From NCBI GenBank assembly GCA_965199045.1, contig CBDAQL010000004.1, forward strand, positions 627 through 64,626: a stretch of 64,000 bases of DNA, in the 5' to 3' direction. The stretch is from Acidocella sp. (GTDB lineage: Bacteria; Pseudomonadota; Alphaproteobacteria; Acetobacterales; Acetobacteraceae). Each line of letters starts with the position of its first letter. The stretch's first letter is position 1. The translations under genes were made by a program, and so were the position numbers. The notes beneath the pieces were generated by a model. It had not been told where the DNA came from. It saw only the letters and a list, made by a program, of their open reading frames with translations, and ran no database searches. This document shows positions 1 through 8,818 of the stretch, piece by piece.

Positions 1-72
1 GATGATGAAGGCGACCAGCACTTCCAACAGCGTGAACCCGGCCATGCGGCGCCGGTCCGCAGCCCCTATCAT
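1..72 (-). CDS. gspI: T2SS minor pseudopilin GspI, 5' part only (runs off the window start)
   Basis: My translation of the minus strand from the ATG at 72 gives MIGAADRRRMAG|FTLLEVLVAFII, a class III signal (G|FxxxE). The ATG overlaps the upstream stop (ATGA). Not in the ORF track. Confidence 0.8.
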   Translation of the reverse strand, partial: MIGAADRRRMAGFTLLEVLVAFII

Positions 73-455
73 GGCGTCAGCACCTGCACCCGGCCGGTCA
101 ACCAGTCGGCACTGATCAGAATATGCTGACCGCCGCCGTTCAGAAAAACCTCGCCGCCGCTGGCGCTGCCGTCTGGTTCGAACACCAGCCCTTGGGGCGG
201 CAACGCGGTGCGTACCGTCAGGAAGCCCGGCAGCGCCGGCAGCTGGAACCGGACGGGCTGGCCCGAAGCGATCGCCTGGCCGCGATCCTGGCGCATCGCT
301 TCCGCGACCCGCTGCGCGGCCTGGCGCGCAGCCAGCCCCTGGCCGCGCGGCGCCAGAAACCCGGCAATCAGCAGCAGCACCAAGCTCATCACCGCCAGGG
401 TTACCAGGAGCTCGAGCAAGGTGAAGCCGGATTTCGGATTACTGCGCGATATCAT
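69..455 (-). CDS. gspH: T2SS minor pseudopilin GspH/FimT-like
   Basis: MISRSNPKSG|FTLLELLVTLAV prepilin motif and a C-terminal FEPDGSASGG GspH-like motif. Start refined from 509 to the ATG at 455. Confidence 0.8.
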   Translation of the reverse strand: MISRSNPKSGFTLLELLVTLAVMSLVLLLIAGFLAPRGQGLAARQAAQRVAEAMRQDRGQAIASGQPVRFQLPALPGFLTVRTALPPQGLVFEPDGSASGGEVFLNGGGQHILISADWLTGRVQVLTP

Positions 456-1650
456 TGAGGCTGAGCATGGCAAGCAGCAGCGAGGAGACGATGCCGGCGA
501 CGGCGGCACCCATCAGGATCGTGATGGCGGGTACCAGCAATGCCACCATTCGCTGCAAGGCAAGGCGGGTCCGTTCCTCGAACATGTCGGCGGCACGCAT
601 GGCTAGCGGTCCAAGCTGGGCGGTCTCCTCGCCCAGCCTCAGCAAATGGATCAGCCGCGCCGGCAATACCGCGGCGGCGCCAAGTGCTGTCGACATGCTT
701 TGGCCGGTCTTTGCACTTTCCGCTGCCGCCGCCACCGCCGCTTCGGCCGCCTTGTTGCCCAACACTTCCTGGACGATGGCCAAAGCGGCGAGCAACGGCA
801 CGCCGTTGACGAGCAGCATGCCGAGCGTGCGGGCGAAGCGGGCGGCGAGAATTTCCCGCAACAGGCCGCCCAGGAGCGGCAGGCGCAGCATCGCGCGGTC
901 CCAGACCTGCCGGAACCGCGGCCGGCGTAGCGCCTGAAACAGCGCCAGCGCGGCGGCGGCCGCGGCCGCCAGCGCATACAGCCCGTAGGCATTGACCGCC
1001 TGACCCAGGCCGAGCAGCAGGGCGGTGGAGGCCGGCAACGCGATATCGTTTTCAGCGAAAAGCGGCACGAATTGCGGCAGCACCTGGGTCAACAGCAACG
1101 TAATGGCGCCGACCGCGGCGAGGCTGAGCACAGCCGGATAGATCATGGCGGATTGCACGGCGGCATTGAGGCTCCGCGAGCGCTCCATGAGCTCCGCCAG
1201 CCGCGCCAGGGTGCCGCCAAGGTCGCCGCCCGCCTCGCCCGCCCGCACCAGCCCGATATACAGGCGCGGGAAACTCGCCGGCTGGCGCGCCAGTGCCTTG
1301 GCCAGCGGCACGCCGTCGCGCACGGCGTCGCGGACTTGGCCTAGCACGGCTTGGGCGCGGCGGTTGGGCGCCTCCTCGGTGATCATCTTCAAGGCGCGGT
1401 CGAGGTCCTGGCCGGCGCTGAGCAGGCTGGCGAGTTCGCGCGTCACCTCGGTCAGTTCGCCGCGCCGCAAAGCCGACCGGCCGATTTGCAGATCAAGCCA
1501 GCTGCCGGTTCGCCGGGCCGGCGTGATGCCCAGCACCATCGCGCCACGTTTTTGCAAGCTGGCGGCCAATTCGGCAGCATTCGCCGCATCGTCGCTACCG
1601 CGCAGAACCGCGCCATCCGGGCCGAGCGCGCGAAAATCGAAGCGAGGCAT
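439..1650 (-). CDS. gspF: T2SS inner-membrane platform protein GspF
   Basis: TRELASLLSAGQDL, LVRAGEAGGDL, YPAVL and GEETAQL motifs in two T2SSF repeats; coupled to gspE (TGATG). Confidence 0.93.
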   Translation of the reverse strand: MPRFDFRALGPDGAVLRGSDDAANAAELAASLQKRGAMVLGITPARRTGSWLDLQIGRSALRRGELTEVTRELASLLSAGQDLDRALKMITEEAPNRRAQAVLGQVRDAVRDGVPLAKALARQPASFPRLYIGLVRAGEAGGDLGGTLARLAELMERSRSLNAAVQSAMIYPAVLSLAAVGAITLLLTQVLPQFVPLFAENDIALPASTALLLGLGQAVNAYGLYALAAAAAAALALFQALRRPRFRQVWDRAMLRLPLLGGLLREILAARFARTLGMLLVNGVPLLAALAIVQEVLGNKAAEAAVAAAAESAKTGQSMSTALGAAAVLPARLIHLLRLGEETAQLGPLAMRAADMFEERTRLALQRMVALLVPAITILMGAAVAGIVSSLLLAMLSLNDIAQ

Positions 1651-3371
1651 CAGGTCTCAGCCCGCACCGCGCGCAGGATCTCCTCGATGCTGGTTTCGCC
1701 GCGCGCCACCGCTGCCATGCCGGCTTGCAGCATGGTCTTCATGCCGGCGGCAATTGCGGCGCGCTCGATGGCACCTTGGTCGGCGCGGGCGAATAGCAGT
1801 TTTTCGATCTCGGCGTCGGGCATCAGGAACTCGGCGATGGCTTGCCGGCCGCGATATCCGGTTTGTCGGCAGGCCGGGCAGCCGCCGGGGCGATAGAGCG
1901 TCGCGGCGTCCAGATTGTGGCGGGCGCGCCAGTTGGCGGGCGCCGGCGAGGGCTGCTTGCAGTCGTCACATAGCCGGCGCACCAGGCGTTGCGCGAGCAC
2001 GCCGCGGAGCACCGCTGCCATCAGGTAATCCTCCATTCCCATATCGCGCAGCCGGGTGATGGCGGCGGCAGCCGAGTTGGTGTGCAGCGTGGAGAGCACC
2101 AGATGCCCGGTAAGTGCTGAGCGCGCGGCGATTTCCGCGGTTTCAAGGTCGCGGATCTCGCCGACCATGATGATGTCGGGATCGAGGCGCACGATGGAAC
2201 GCAGCAAGGCCGCGAAATCCAGACCGATCTGCGGCTTCACCTGGATCTGGTTAACCCCGGGCAATTGAAACTCTATTGGATCTTCCACCGTAATGATTTT
2301 GGTCGCCGCCGCGTTGAGGCCGAGCAATGCGGTGTAGAGCGTCGTGGTTTTGCCGGAGCCGGTAGGTCCGGTGACCAGAAAAATTCCGTTGGGATGGGCG
2401 AGCGCCGATTGCAGCTGGGCGATGAGCGGTGCGTCGAAGCCCTGCGCCGCGAAGTCGAACGATACCGCCGAGCGATCCAGGATGCGCAGCACGACGGTTT
2501 CGCCGTGCATGGAGGGCGCGGTGGCGATGCGGAACACCACCTCCTGACCGCGCACCGCAATCCGGATGCGGCCATCCTGGGGCAGGCGGCGTTCGGCGAT
2601 GTCCAGCCGGGCCAGGATTTTCAGGCGTGAAACGATTGCGGGGCCGAGCCTGGCCGGATGGGTATCAGCCTCCTGCAGCTCGCCGTCATGACGGTAGCGG
2701 ATCCGCAGACGATCCTCGAATGGTTCGATGTGAATGTCGGAAGCCTGGGATTCCACGGCACGGCTGATGATCTGATTGACCAGCCGGATTACCGGCGCCT
2801 CGCTTGCCATGTCCCGCAGCCGCTCGGTATCGTCTTCAGCCGCTTCGCCGACCGGCGCCGGCTCGGCGTCCGGCGTCTCCTCAGGGTAAAGCCGCGACAG
2901 GGCGGCCTCCAATTCAATCGGAACCGCTACCACGCGCTGGATCTCGAGCCCGGTGGCCGCGGCAATGGCGCCGGCGCTGAATTCATCCAGCGGATCGGCC
3001 ATGGCGAGCACCAGACGGGTGGTTTGCGCGCTGTTATCGGGAGCGGCCTGCAGCAAGGCGATCGGCAGGCAGTGCGCGGCGCGCAGAAAGCGGGGACGCA
3101 GCCGTTCCAGCAGCAAGGGCGACATCGGATATTGCTCCGGCGTGGCCAGCTGCAGGTTCAACAACGTCGCCAGGCCTTGCGCCAATGCGCGTTCGGAAAC
3201 CAGCCCTAACCGCACCAGCGCCTGGGCGGCGCTGATGCCGGCTTCCTGCGCCACGGCACGGGCGCGCGCGATCGCCACCGCATCGCAAAGCCGTTGCCGT
3301 TGCAGCCAGATCAACACCGCATCTTCGGCCGAGGAGGAGACGGCGCTCAGCTCCGCCGCAAAATTATTCAT
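1650..3371 (-). CDS. gspE: T2SS ATPase GspE
   Basis: ASDIHIEP, ERRLPQDGR, Walker A GPTGSGKTT, Asp box TVEDPIE, Walker B DPDIIMVGEIRD, His box TGHLVLSTLH and CxxC..CxxC. Confidence 0.95.
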   Translation of the reverse strand: MNNFAAELSAVSSSAEDAVLIWLQRQRLCDAVAIARARAVAQEAGISAAQALVRLGLVSERALAQGLATLLNLQLATPEQYPMSPLLLERLRPRFLRAAHCLPIALLQAAPDNSAQTTRLVLAMADPLDEFSAGAIAAATGLEIQRVVAVPIELEAALSRLYPEETPDAEPAPVGEAAEDDTERLRDMASEAPVIRLVNQIISRAVESQASDIHIEPFEDRLRIRYRHDGELQEADTHPARLGPAIVSRLKILARLDIAERRLPQDGRIRIAVRGQEVVFRIATAPSMHGETVVLRILDRSAVSFDFAAQGFDAPLIAQLQSALAHPNGIFLVTGPTGSGKTTTLYTALLGLNAAATKIITVEDPIEFQLPGVNQIQVKPQIGLDFAALLRSIVRLDPDIIMVGEIRDLETAEIAARSALTGHLVLSTLHTNSAAAAITRLRDMGMEDYLMAAVLRGVLAQRLVRRLCDDCKQPSPAPANWRARHNLDAATLYRPGGCPACRQTGYRGRQAIAEFLMPDAEIEKLLFARADQGAIERAAIAAGMKTMLQAGMAAVARGETSIEEILRAVRAET

Positions 3372-3533
3372 GCGGGTTCTTCCCGCGCCCAGCCACGCGC
3401 GACAAGTTACAGAATTATGTCAGTCGATCGCAATGTTTCCCGCCGCATTCAGTATTAAATCGATTCCAAAACTTAAATCCGCTTTTCGAAAATAAATAAT
3501 ACAGGCGCGCTTTGCGACTTTAAGAAATCATAA

Positions 3534-3548
3534 TTGCGTAACACGCAA
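3534..3548. promoter_or_regulatory. Perfect inverted repeat TTGCGT-AAC-ACGCAA in the divergent gspE/phosphoesterase intergenic region (candidate operator)
   Basis: 6-bp arms seen in an AT-rich divergent promoter region; the regulator is unknown. Confidence 0.3.
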
Positions 3549-3606
3549 CAAGCGCGCGACGGATTATCACCCCCGCGGCTTAACAAACGTAACCGAGGGT
3601 AAACTT

Positions 3607-5310
3607 ATGAAACTCCGACCATCATTATGTTGCGCATCCTTTTTTGCTTCGACCCTATTTTCGTCTCTGCTGCCGATTGCCGCCCAAACGGCCCAGGCGG
3701 CCCAGGCTTCCGTGGGCGCGGAAGTTCCGGCATCCCCAACCGCGGCGGCGTTATATACCGACCGCCTGCCGACCGCGACACCGATCAAACATATTGTTAT
3801 CATCTATGACGAGAACGTTTCGTTCGATCATTATTTCGCCACTTATCCGCACGCATCCAACCCGCCCGGCGAGCCTAAATTCAAGGCGTTGTTCCCCAAT
3901 AACGATCTTAACAACCTCGTCACCGCCAACCTGCTGACCCATAACCCGAATGACTCCAACCCTGCCAACGGCGCCGGCGCCGCCAACCCGTTCCGGCTGG
4001 ATCGGACCCAGGCCGCGACCGCCGATCAGAACCACGCCTACATGGCCGAGCAGGAAGCTTTCGACGCCTTGAAGATGGACCTGTTTCCGAAATATACCGG
4101 TGCTGGCAGCCCCGGTGGCGTTGGCGCCTTTGGTACCACCGGCCAGGTGATGGGCTATTATGACGGCAACACCGTCACCGCGTTGTGGAATTATGCCCAG
4201 GCCTTTGCGTTGGACGACAACACGTACACCGACACTTACGGCCCTTCGACCCCGGGCGCGCTAGGCGCTGTCTCCGGCCAGCTCAACGGCGCCAAGCCTG
4301 GTCTTGGCACCTCTACCAACGAAGTGGCCGATGGCCGCGGCGGCGCCACATTGGATGGCGATGTCGATCCTGCCAATGATGTGTGCTCCAGCAAAACCAC
4401 CACGGTTTACATGACCGGCAAGAACATCGGCGACCTGTTGAATACCGCTAAAATTACCTGGGGCGGTTTCATGGGGGGCTTCAATCTTGATATCAGCGAC
4501 GCCAACGGCCTCACCGGCTGCTCGCGTTCGACCTTCTCACCGACCGTGAACGAGACGGTGGCGGATTACGTCCCGCACCATAACTGGTTCCAGTATTACG
4601 CCTCGACCGCCAATTATTCTCACGCCCGCCCGGCATCGCTGAATGATATCGGCTTTACCAAGGCCGCCAACGGCGCCGTTGATCCCGCCAATCATGAATA
4701 CGACCTGCATGATTTTGAGAGTGCGGTAAGCAACGGCGTGTACCCGGCTGTTTCCTACATCAAACTGCCGGCCTACCAGGACGGCCATGCCGGATATTCC
4801 AACCCGCTGGATGAGCAAGCCGGCATTGTCGGCGTGGTGAACTTTATCATGCAGCAGCCGGATTGGAAAAATACCGCCATCATCATCACCTATGACGACT
4901 CCGATGGCTGGTACGACCATGCTTCAATCCGTCCCACCACCTCCTCCTACGGGGCTCTGGATGCGCTTAACGGCCCGCATGTCTGCGGCTCCGGCACTGA
5001 ACCGGTTGGGTTGGACGGGCAGACGGTGCACGGCTTGTGCGGCCCCGGCACCCGCATACCCTTGCTGGTGATCTCGCCTTATTCCAGGCACGATTACATC
5101 TCGCACACGATGCTCAGCCAGGCTTCGATCGTAAAGTTCATCGAGGATAACTGGCTGGGTGGCGAGCGCCTCGGCGGCGGCTCGTTCGATGCCAAAGCAG
5201 GGTCGCTTATGGACATGTTCAGCTTTCGTCCATTCGCTAGCCGGATCAAAGCGGAACTGATCCTGGATCCGACCACGGGCACCATTAAAAGCGCCCAGAT
5301 TTTCAAATAA
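3607..5310 (+). CDS. Secreted phosphoesterase (AcpA acid phosphatase / phospholipase C family)
   Basis: Sec-like signal peptide; IKHIVIIYDENVSFDHYF, YDDSDGWYDH and GPGTRIPLLVISPY motifs. Confidence 0.88.
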   Translation: MKLRPSLCCASFFASTLFSSLLPIAAQTAQAAQASVGAEVPASPTAAALYTDRLPTATPIKHIVIIYDENVSFDHYFATYPHASNPPGEPKFKALFPNNDLNNLVTANLLTHNPNDSNPANGAGAANPFRLDRTQAATADQNHAYMAEQEAFDALKMDLFPKYTGAGSPGGVGAFGTTGQVMGYYDGNTVTALWNYAQAFALDDNTYTDTYGPSTPGALGAVSGQLNGAKPGLGTSTNEVADGRGGATLDGDVDPANDVCSSKTTTVYMTGKNIGDLLNTAKITWGGFMGGFNLDISDANGLTGCSRSTFSPTVNETVADYVPHHNWFQYYASTANYSHARPASLNDIGFTKAANGAVDPANHEYDLHDFESAVSNGVYPAVSYIKLPAYQDGHAGYSNPLDEQAGIVGVVNFIMQQPDWKNTAIIITYDDSDGWYDHASIRPTTSSYGALDALNGPHVCGSGTEPVGLDGQTVHGLCGPGTRIPLLVISPYSRHDYISHTMLSQASIVKFIEDNWLGGERLGGGSFDAKAGSLMDMFSFRPFASRIKAELILDPTTGTIKSAQIFK

Positions 5311-5334
5311 AAGTAGCGGACGGCTCGGAGCGAA

Positions 5335-6717
5335 ATGCGAACCCTATCTGGTCTGATTGTTCTCATCGCGCTCTGTGCTTGCGTTTTTGGGGGATGGGTC
5401 GTTACCGGGCCCATCCCCTTGAACGATTGGGTTGCAGCACCACGCGCAAGTTTCATCTTGGCGCTGGGAAAAAATCCGTCGCCGGTGCAACTGGTGCGGC
5501 CGGTCCCGCCGGATCAGCTCTCGGCAATGGCACAGCTGGGCAAGCAGCTTTTCTTCGATAAAAACCTTTCCGCCTCGGGCCGGCTTGCTTGCGCATCCTG
5601 CCACGATCCGCAGAAATCTTTCGGCCCTCCAACCGGGCTTCCGGTGGTTTACGGCGGCGCCGATATGAACAGCCCGGGATTGCGGGCCGTGCCGTCTTTG
5701 GAATATCTCGAAACCAACCAGAATTTTTCCATCGGCCCTGATCCGGCCGAGAGCGACACGCCGGCGACGCTGCCGCAACTGGCCAGCGCCAGCACCTCTA
5801 AACCGCGTGCGACCAAGACGGCGCAGAGCACCGCGACCAGCGCCGGCAACCTGGTTCCGGTCGGCGGGTTGTTCTGGGATGGCCGCGCCAACACGCTGAT
5901 GGCGCAGGCGTCAGTGCCGCTTACCAGCCGCTTTGAGATGGATGGCGGCAGTACGGCAGATGTTGCCGCGAAGTTGAAAGCCAGCCCGCTGGCGCCGGAA
6001 TTCATGATGCTTTTCGGGCCGGGCATTTTCGATGATCCGCGTATCGCGGTTGCAGAAGCGATGTTCGCCATCGCCCGCTACCAGATCGAGGATCCGGACT
6101 TCCATCCCTATAACAGCAAATATGATGCCTGGCTCGAGGGCCGGGCGCGGTTAACCTCTGCCGAGATGCGCGGTTATCAAATGTTCAACGATCCCGCCAA
6201 GGGCGATTGCGGCGCCTGCCATCTCGATCAACCGCTGCCGGATGGCCGGCCCCCGGTATTTACCGACACGCAGTATGAGGCTTTGGGCGTGCCGCGTAAT
6301 CCGCAAATCCCCGCCAATGCCAATGCGAGCTATTATGATATGGGCATCTGCGGGCCGCTGCGCCAGGACGCCGCGACGCTGACGCAATATTGCGGCATGT
6401 TCCTGACGCCGACCTTGCGCAACAGCGCCACACGGCAGGTCTTCTTTCACAACGGCTTTTACCATAATTTGCGGGATGTTGTTGAATTCTACAATTTGCG
6501 CGATGTGGCGCCCGGGAAAATTTACCCGCCGGGGCCGGACGGCAAGCCAATGAAGTTTAACGACCTGCCCAGCAAATACTGGGCGAATATCGACACCGCA
6601 GACCCGCCGCTTGACCGCAAGCTGGGAGATGGGCCGGCGTTGAGCAGCGCGGAGGTGGATGATATCGTCGCCTTCCTGAAAACGCTGACCGACGGCTATC
6701 GCCCGGCCGGCAGCTGA
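5335..6717 (+). CDS. Diheme cytochrome c peroxidase / MauG superfamily protein (BthA-like)
   Basis: Two CxxCH motifs (CASCH, CGACH); LGKQLFFDKNLS, FWDGRA, TPTLRN and FFHNG; N-terminal hydrophobic segment. Confidence 0.88.
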   Translation: MRTLSGLIVLIALCACVFGGWVVTGPIPLNDWVAAPRASFILALGKNPSPVQLVRPVPPDQLSAMAQLGKQLFFDKNLSASGRLACASCHDPQKSFGPPTGLPVVYGGADMNSPGLRAVPSLEYLETNQNFSIGPDPAESDTPATLPQLASASTSKPRATKTAQSTATSAGNLVPVGGLFWDGRANTLMAQASVPLTSRFEMDGGSTADVAAKLKASPLAPEFMMLFGPGIFDDPRIAVAEAMFAIARYQIEDPDFHPYNSKYDAWLEGRARLTSAEMRGYQMFNDPAKGDCGACHLDQPLPDGRPPVFTDTQYEALGVPRNPQIPANANASYYDMGICGPLRQDAATLTQYCGMFLTPTLRNSATRQVFFHNGFYHNLRDVVEFYNLRDVAPGKIYPPGPDGKPMKFNDLPSKYWANIDTADPPLDRKLGDGPALSSAEVDDIVAFLKTLTDGYRPAGS

Positions 6718-6733
6718 AGCAGCGGGTACCCTG

Positions 6734-7471
6734 ATGCATCCGCCGCCTGGCTGGATGGCCCTAGTGGTCGCGCCGGCTGTCGGCAGTTTCGCCGGGGTGG
6801 TGGTCAGCCGGTTACCCCGCGGCGAAGGATTTGTCGCGGGACGCTCGCGCTGCGAAGCCTGCGATGCCGAACTCTCCGCAACGGAGATGGTGCCGCTGCT
6901 CAGTTTCATCCTGCAGCGGGGCCATTGCCGGCATTGTACCGCGCCGATCGGTTGGTTCTATCCTGCCATTGAATTGGCGGCGCTGCTGGTGCCCTGCGCG
7001 GCGCTGGCTGCGGGGGCGGCCGGTTGGTGGCTATGGAGCGTTTGCGGACTGGGATGGGCGCTGCTTGCCGTGGCCTGGATCGATGCGCGGCATTTTGTCC
7101 TGCCTGACGGCATCGTGCTGCCGCTACTGCTCGCCGGGCTCGTGGTGTGCTGGCTGCGCACGCCTTGGGCGATTTATGATCATGCACTTGCAGCCGCACT
7201 CGGTTATGGCGGGTTCAGAGGGCTGGATATGGTCTATACCCGGATCAGGGGGCATGCGGGGCTTGGAGCCGGAGACGCCAAACTGCTTGGCGCGGCGGGC
7301 GCATGGGCCGGCCTTGCCGCGCTGCCGGTGATTGTTCTTGGCGCTGGAGTGCTTGGGCTAGCGGTCGCATTGCCGCTGGCGCTGCGCAACGGAAGTGGCG
7401 GACGGACGATGATTTCTTTCGGTCCGGCTCTGGCGCTGGCGAGCTTCGCTACGATTTTAGGCGTTGGATAA
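6734..7471 (+). CDS. gspO: Prepilin peptidase / N-methyltransferase (peptidase A24)
   Basis: RSRCEAC and GHCRHC zinc sites; catalytic WIDARHFVLPD and GAGDAKL; FGPAL. Confidence 0.9.
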   Translation: MHPPPGWMALVVAPAVGSFAGVVVSRLPRGEGFVAGRSRCEACDAELSATEMVPLLSFILQRGHCRHCTAPIGWFYPAIELAALLVPCAALAAGAAGWWLWSVCGLGWALLAVAWIDARHFVLPDGIVLPLLLAGLVVCWLRTPWAIYDHALAAALGYGGFRGLDMVYTRIRGHAGLGAGDAKLLGAAGAWAGLAALPVIVLGAGVLGLAVALPLALRNGSGGRTMISFGPALALASFATILGVG

Positions 7472-7594
7472 GAGAACTTTCTCCTGGCGCGCGTTGGAAA
7501 GCCGCCCAGATGCGCCCTGATGCGCTCCACAAATTTGGTTGTTTACTGCAGGGTTGAGCCCAGATTTGCCCAGACCACTGGAGTGACACGACGC

Positions 7595-8818
7595 ATGCGG
7601 AAGGTTGATCGGGAAACAGCGCGCGGGCTCGGCGCATTGATGGCGCTCAATTTCTTTATGGCTGACATGCAGTCGGGCATCGGGCCGTTTCTTGGCGTGT
7701 TTTTGCTCGCGCACCATTGGAACACGGCGACAATCGGGACGATAATGACGCTGGGCGGCCTTGCCGGCATGCTGATGACGGTGCCGGCCGGCGCCTTGGT
7801 GGATCACACCAGGCACAAGCGGTTATTGGTTGCAAGTTCCGGCGTCTGCACGATTTGCGGCTCGGCGCTGCTATTGCTCTCGCAAAACATCTGGATGGTG
7901 AGCACATCCCAAATTCTTACCGCAATCGCGGGGGCTGCGATTGGGCCCGCGGTTGCCGGCATGACGCTTGGCATGGTTCGTCAAGCCGGCTTTGATCGGC
8001 AGAACGGGCGCAACCAGGCTTTCAACCACGCCGGAAATCTTGCCGGGGCGGGCCTTTCAGGTCTACTCGGCTGGATATTTGGTTTTTGGGCGATCATGGC
8101 GCTCGCTGCATTATTCGGAATTGCGTCGATCGTATCGGTGTTCCGTATTCCAGCCGATGCCATCGACCATCGCGCCGCGCGCGGAGAGCGCCAGGGCTCG
8201 GACGAAGCCGAACATGTCAGCGGGTGGCGGGTGCTGCTGGAATGCAAGCCGCTATTGGTGCTCGCCGCTGCGCTGTTATTCTTCCATTTGGGCAACGGGG
8301 CGATGTTGCCGCTTTTTGGCATGGCCGAGGCCAGCGCGCATCAAGGCAATCCGGCGGCGTTGGTCGCTGTCACCATCGTGGTGGCGCAGGCGGTGATGAT
8401 CGTGATGTCTCTGATTGCAATACGGCTGGCACGAAACCATGCGCTCTGGCTCGCCATGCTGCTTTCCTTCCTGGCACTGCCGGTACGGGGCATATTGGCG
8501 GCGCATCTTATTGTCAGCTGGGGCGTGTTTCCCTTGCAAATGCTCGACGGTGTCGGAGCCGGGCTGCAAAGTGTCGCGGTACCCGCGCTGGTCGCGCATA
8601 TTTTGAACGGCACCGGCCGGGTGAATGTGGGACAGGGAGCGGTGTTGACCGTTCAGTCGCTCGGCGCCGCACTTAGCCCAGCTCTGGGGGGCGTCATCGC
8701 GGATCGGATCGGCTATCCAAACACGTTCATGATCCTTGGTTGCACGTCACTGTTCTCGATCGCGATCTGGCTCGCTGGCGCCGGACTCGTGCGGCGGGCA
8801 AGTGCTGTGACCGCATGA
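7595..8818 (+). CDS. MFS transporter
   Basis: About 12 hydrophobic segments; GALVDHTRHKR MFS motif A variant. Start refined to ATG 7595 (MRKVDRE). Confidence 0.85.
   Translation: MRKVDRETARGLGALMALNFFMADMQSGIGPFLGVFLLAHHWNTATIGTIMTLGGLAGMLMTVPAGALVDHTRHKRLLVASSGVCTICGSALLLLSQNIWMVSTSQILTAIAGAAIGPAVAGMTLGMVRQAGFDRQNGRNQAFNHAGNLAGAGLSGLLGWIFGFWAIMALAALFGIASIVSVFRIPADAIDHRAARGERQGSDEAEHVSGWRVLLECKPLLVLAAALLFFHLGNGAMLPLFGMAEASAHQGNPAALVAVTIVVAQAVMIVMSLIAIRLARNHALWLAMLLSFLALPVRGILAAHLIVSWGVFPLQMLDGVGAGLQSVAVPALVAHILNGTGRVNVGQGAVLTVQSLGAALSPALGGVIADRIGYPNTFMILGCTSLFSIAIWLAGAGLVRRASAVTA

Noticed and set aside
1145-2059. Long antisense or alternate-frame ORFs in the track (e.g. 1145-2059, 17594-18361, 23898-24395, 59314-60150, 61531-62952)
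   Set aside because: They lie opposite or within well-supported genes, are Arg/Ala/Pro-rich and have no motifs; typical high-GC shadow ORFs.
3400-3600. Possible Pho box upstream of the phosphoesterase
   Set aside because: GTTAC/GTCAG and TAAC/TAAC half-sites are not at the 11-bp spacing PhoB requires.
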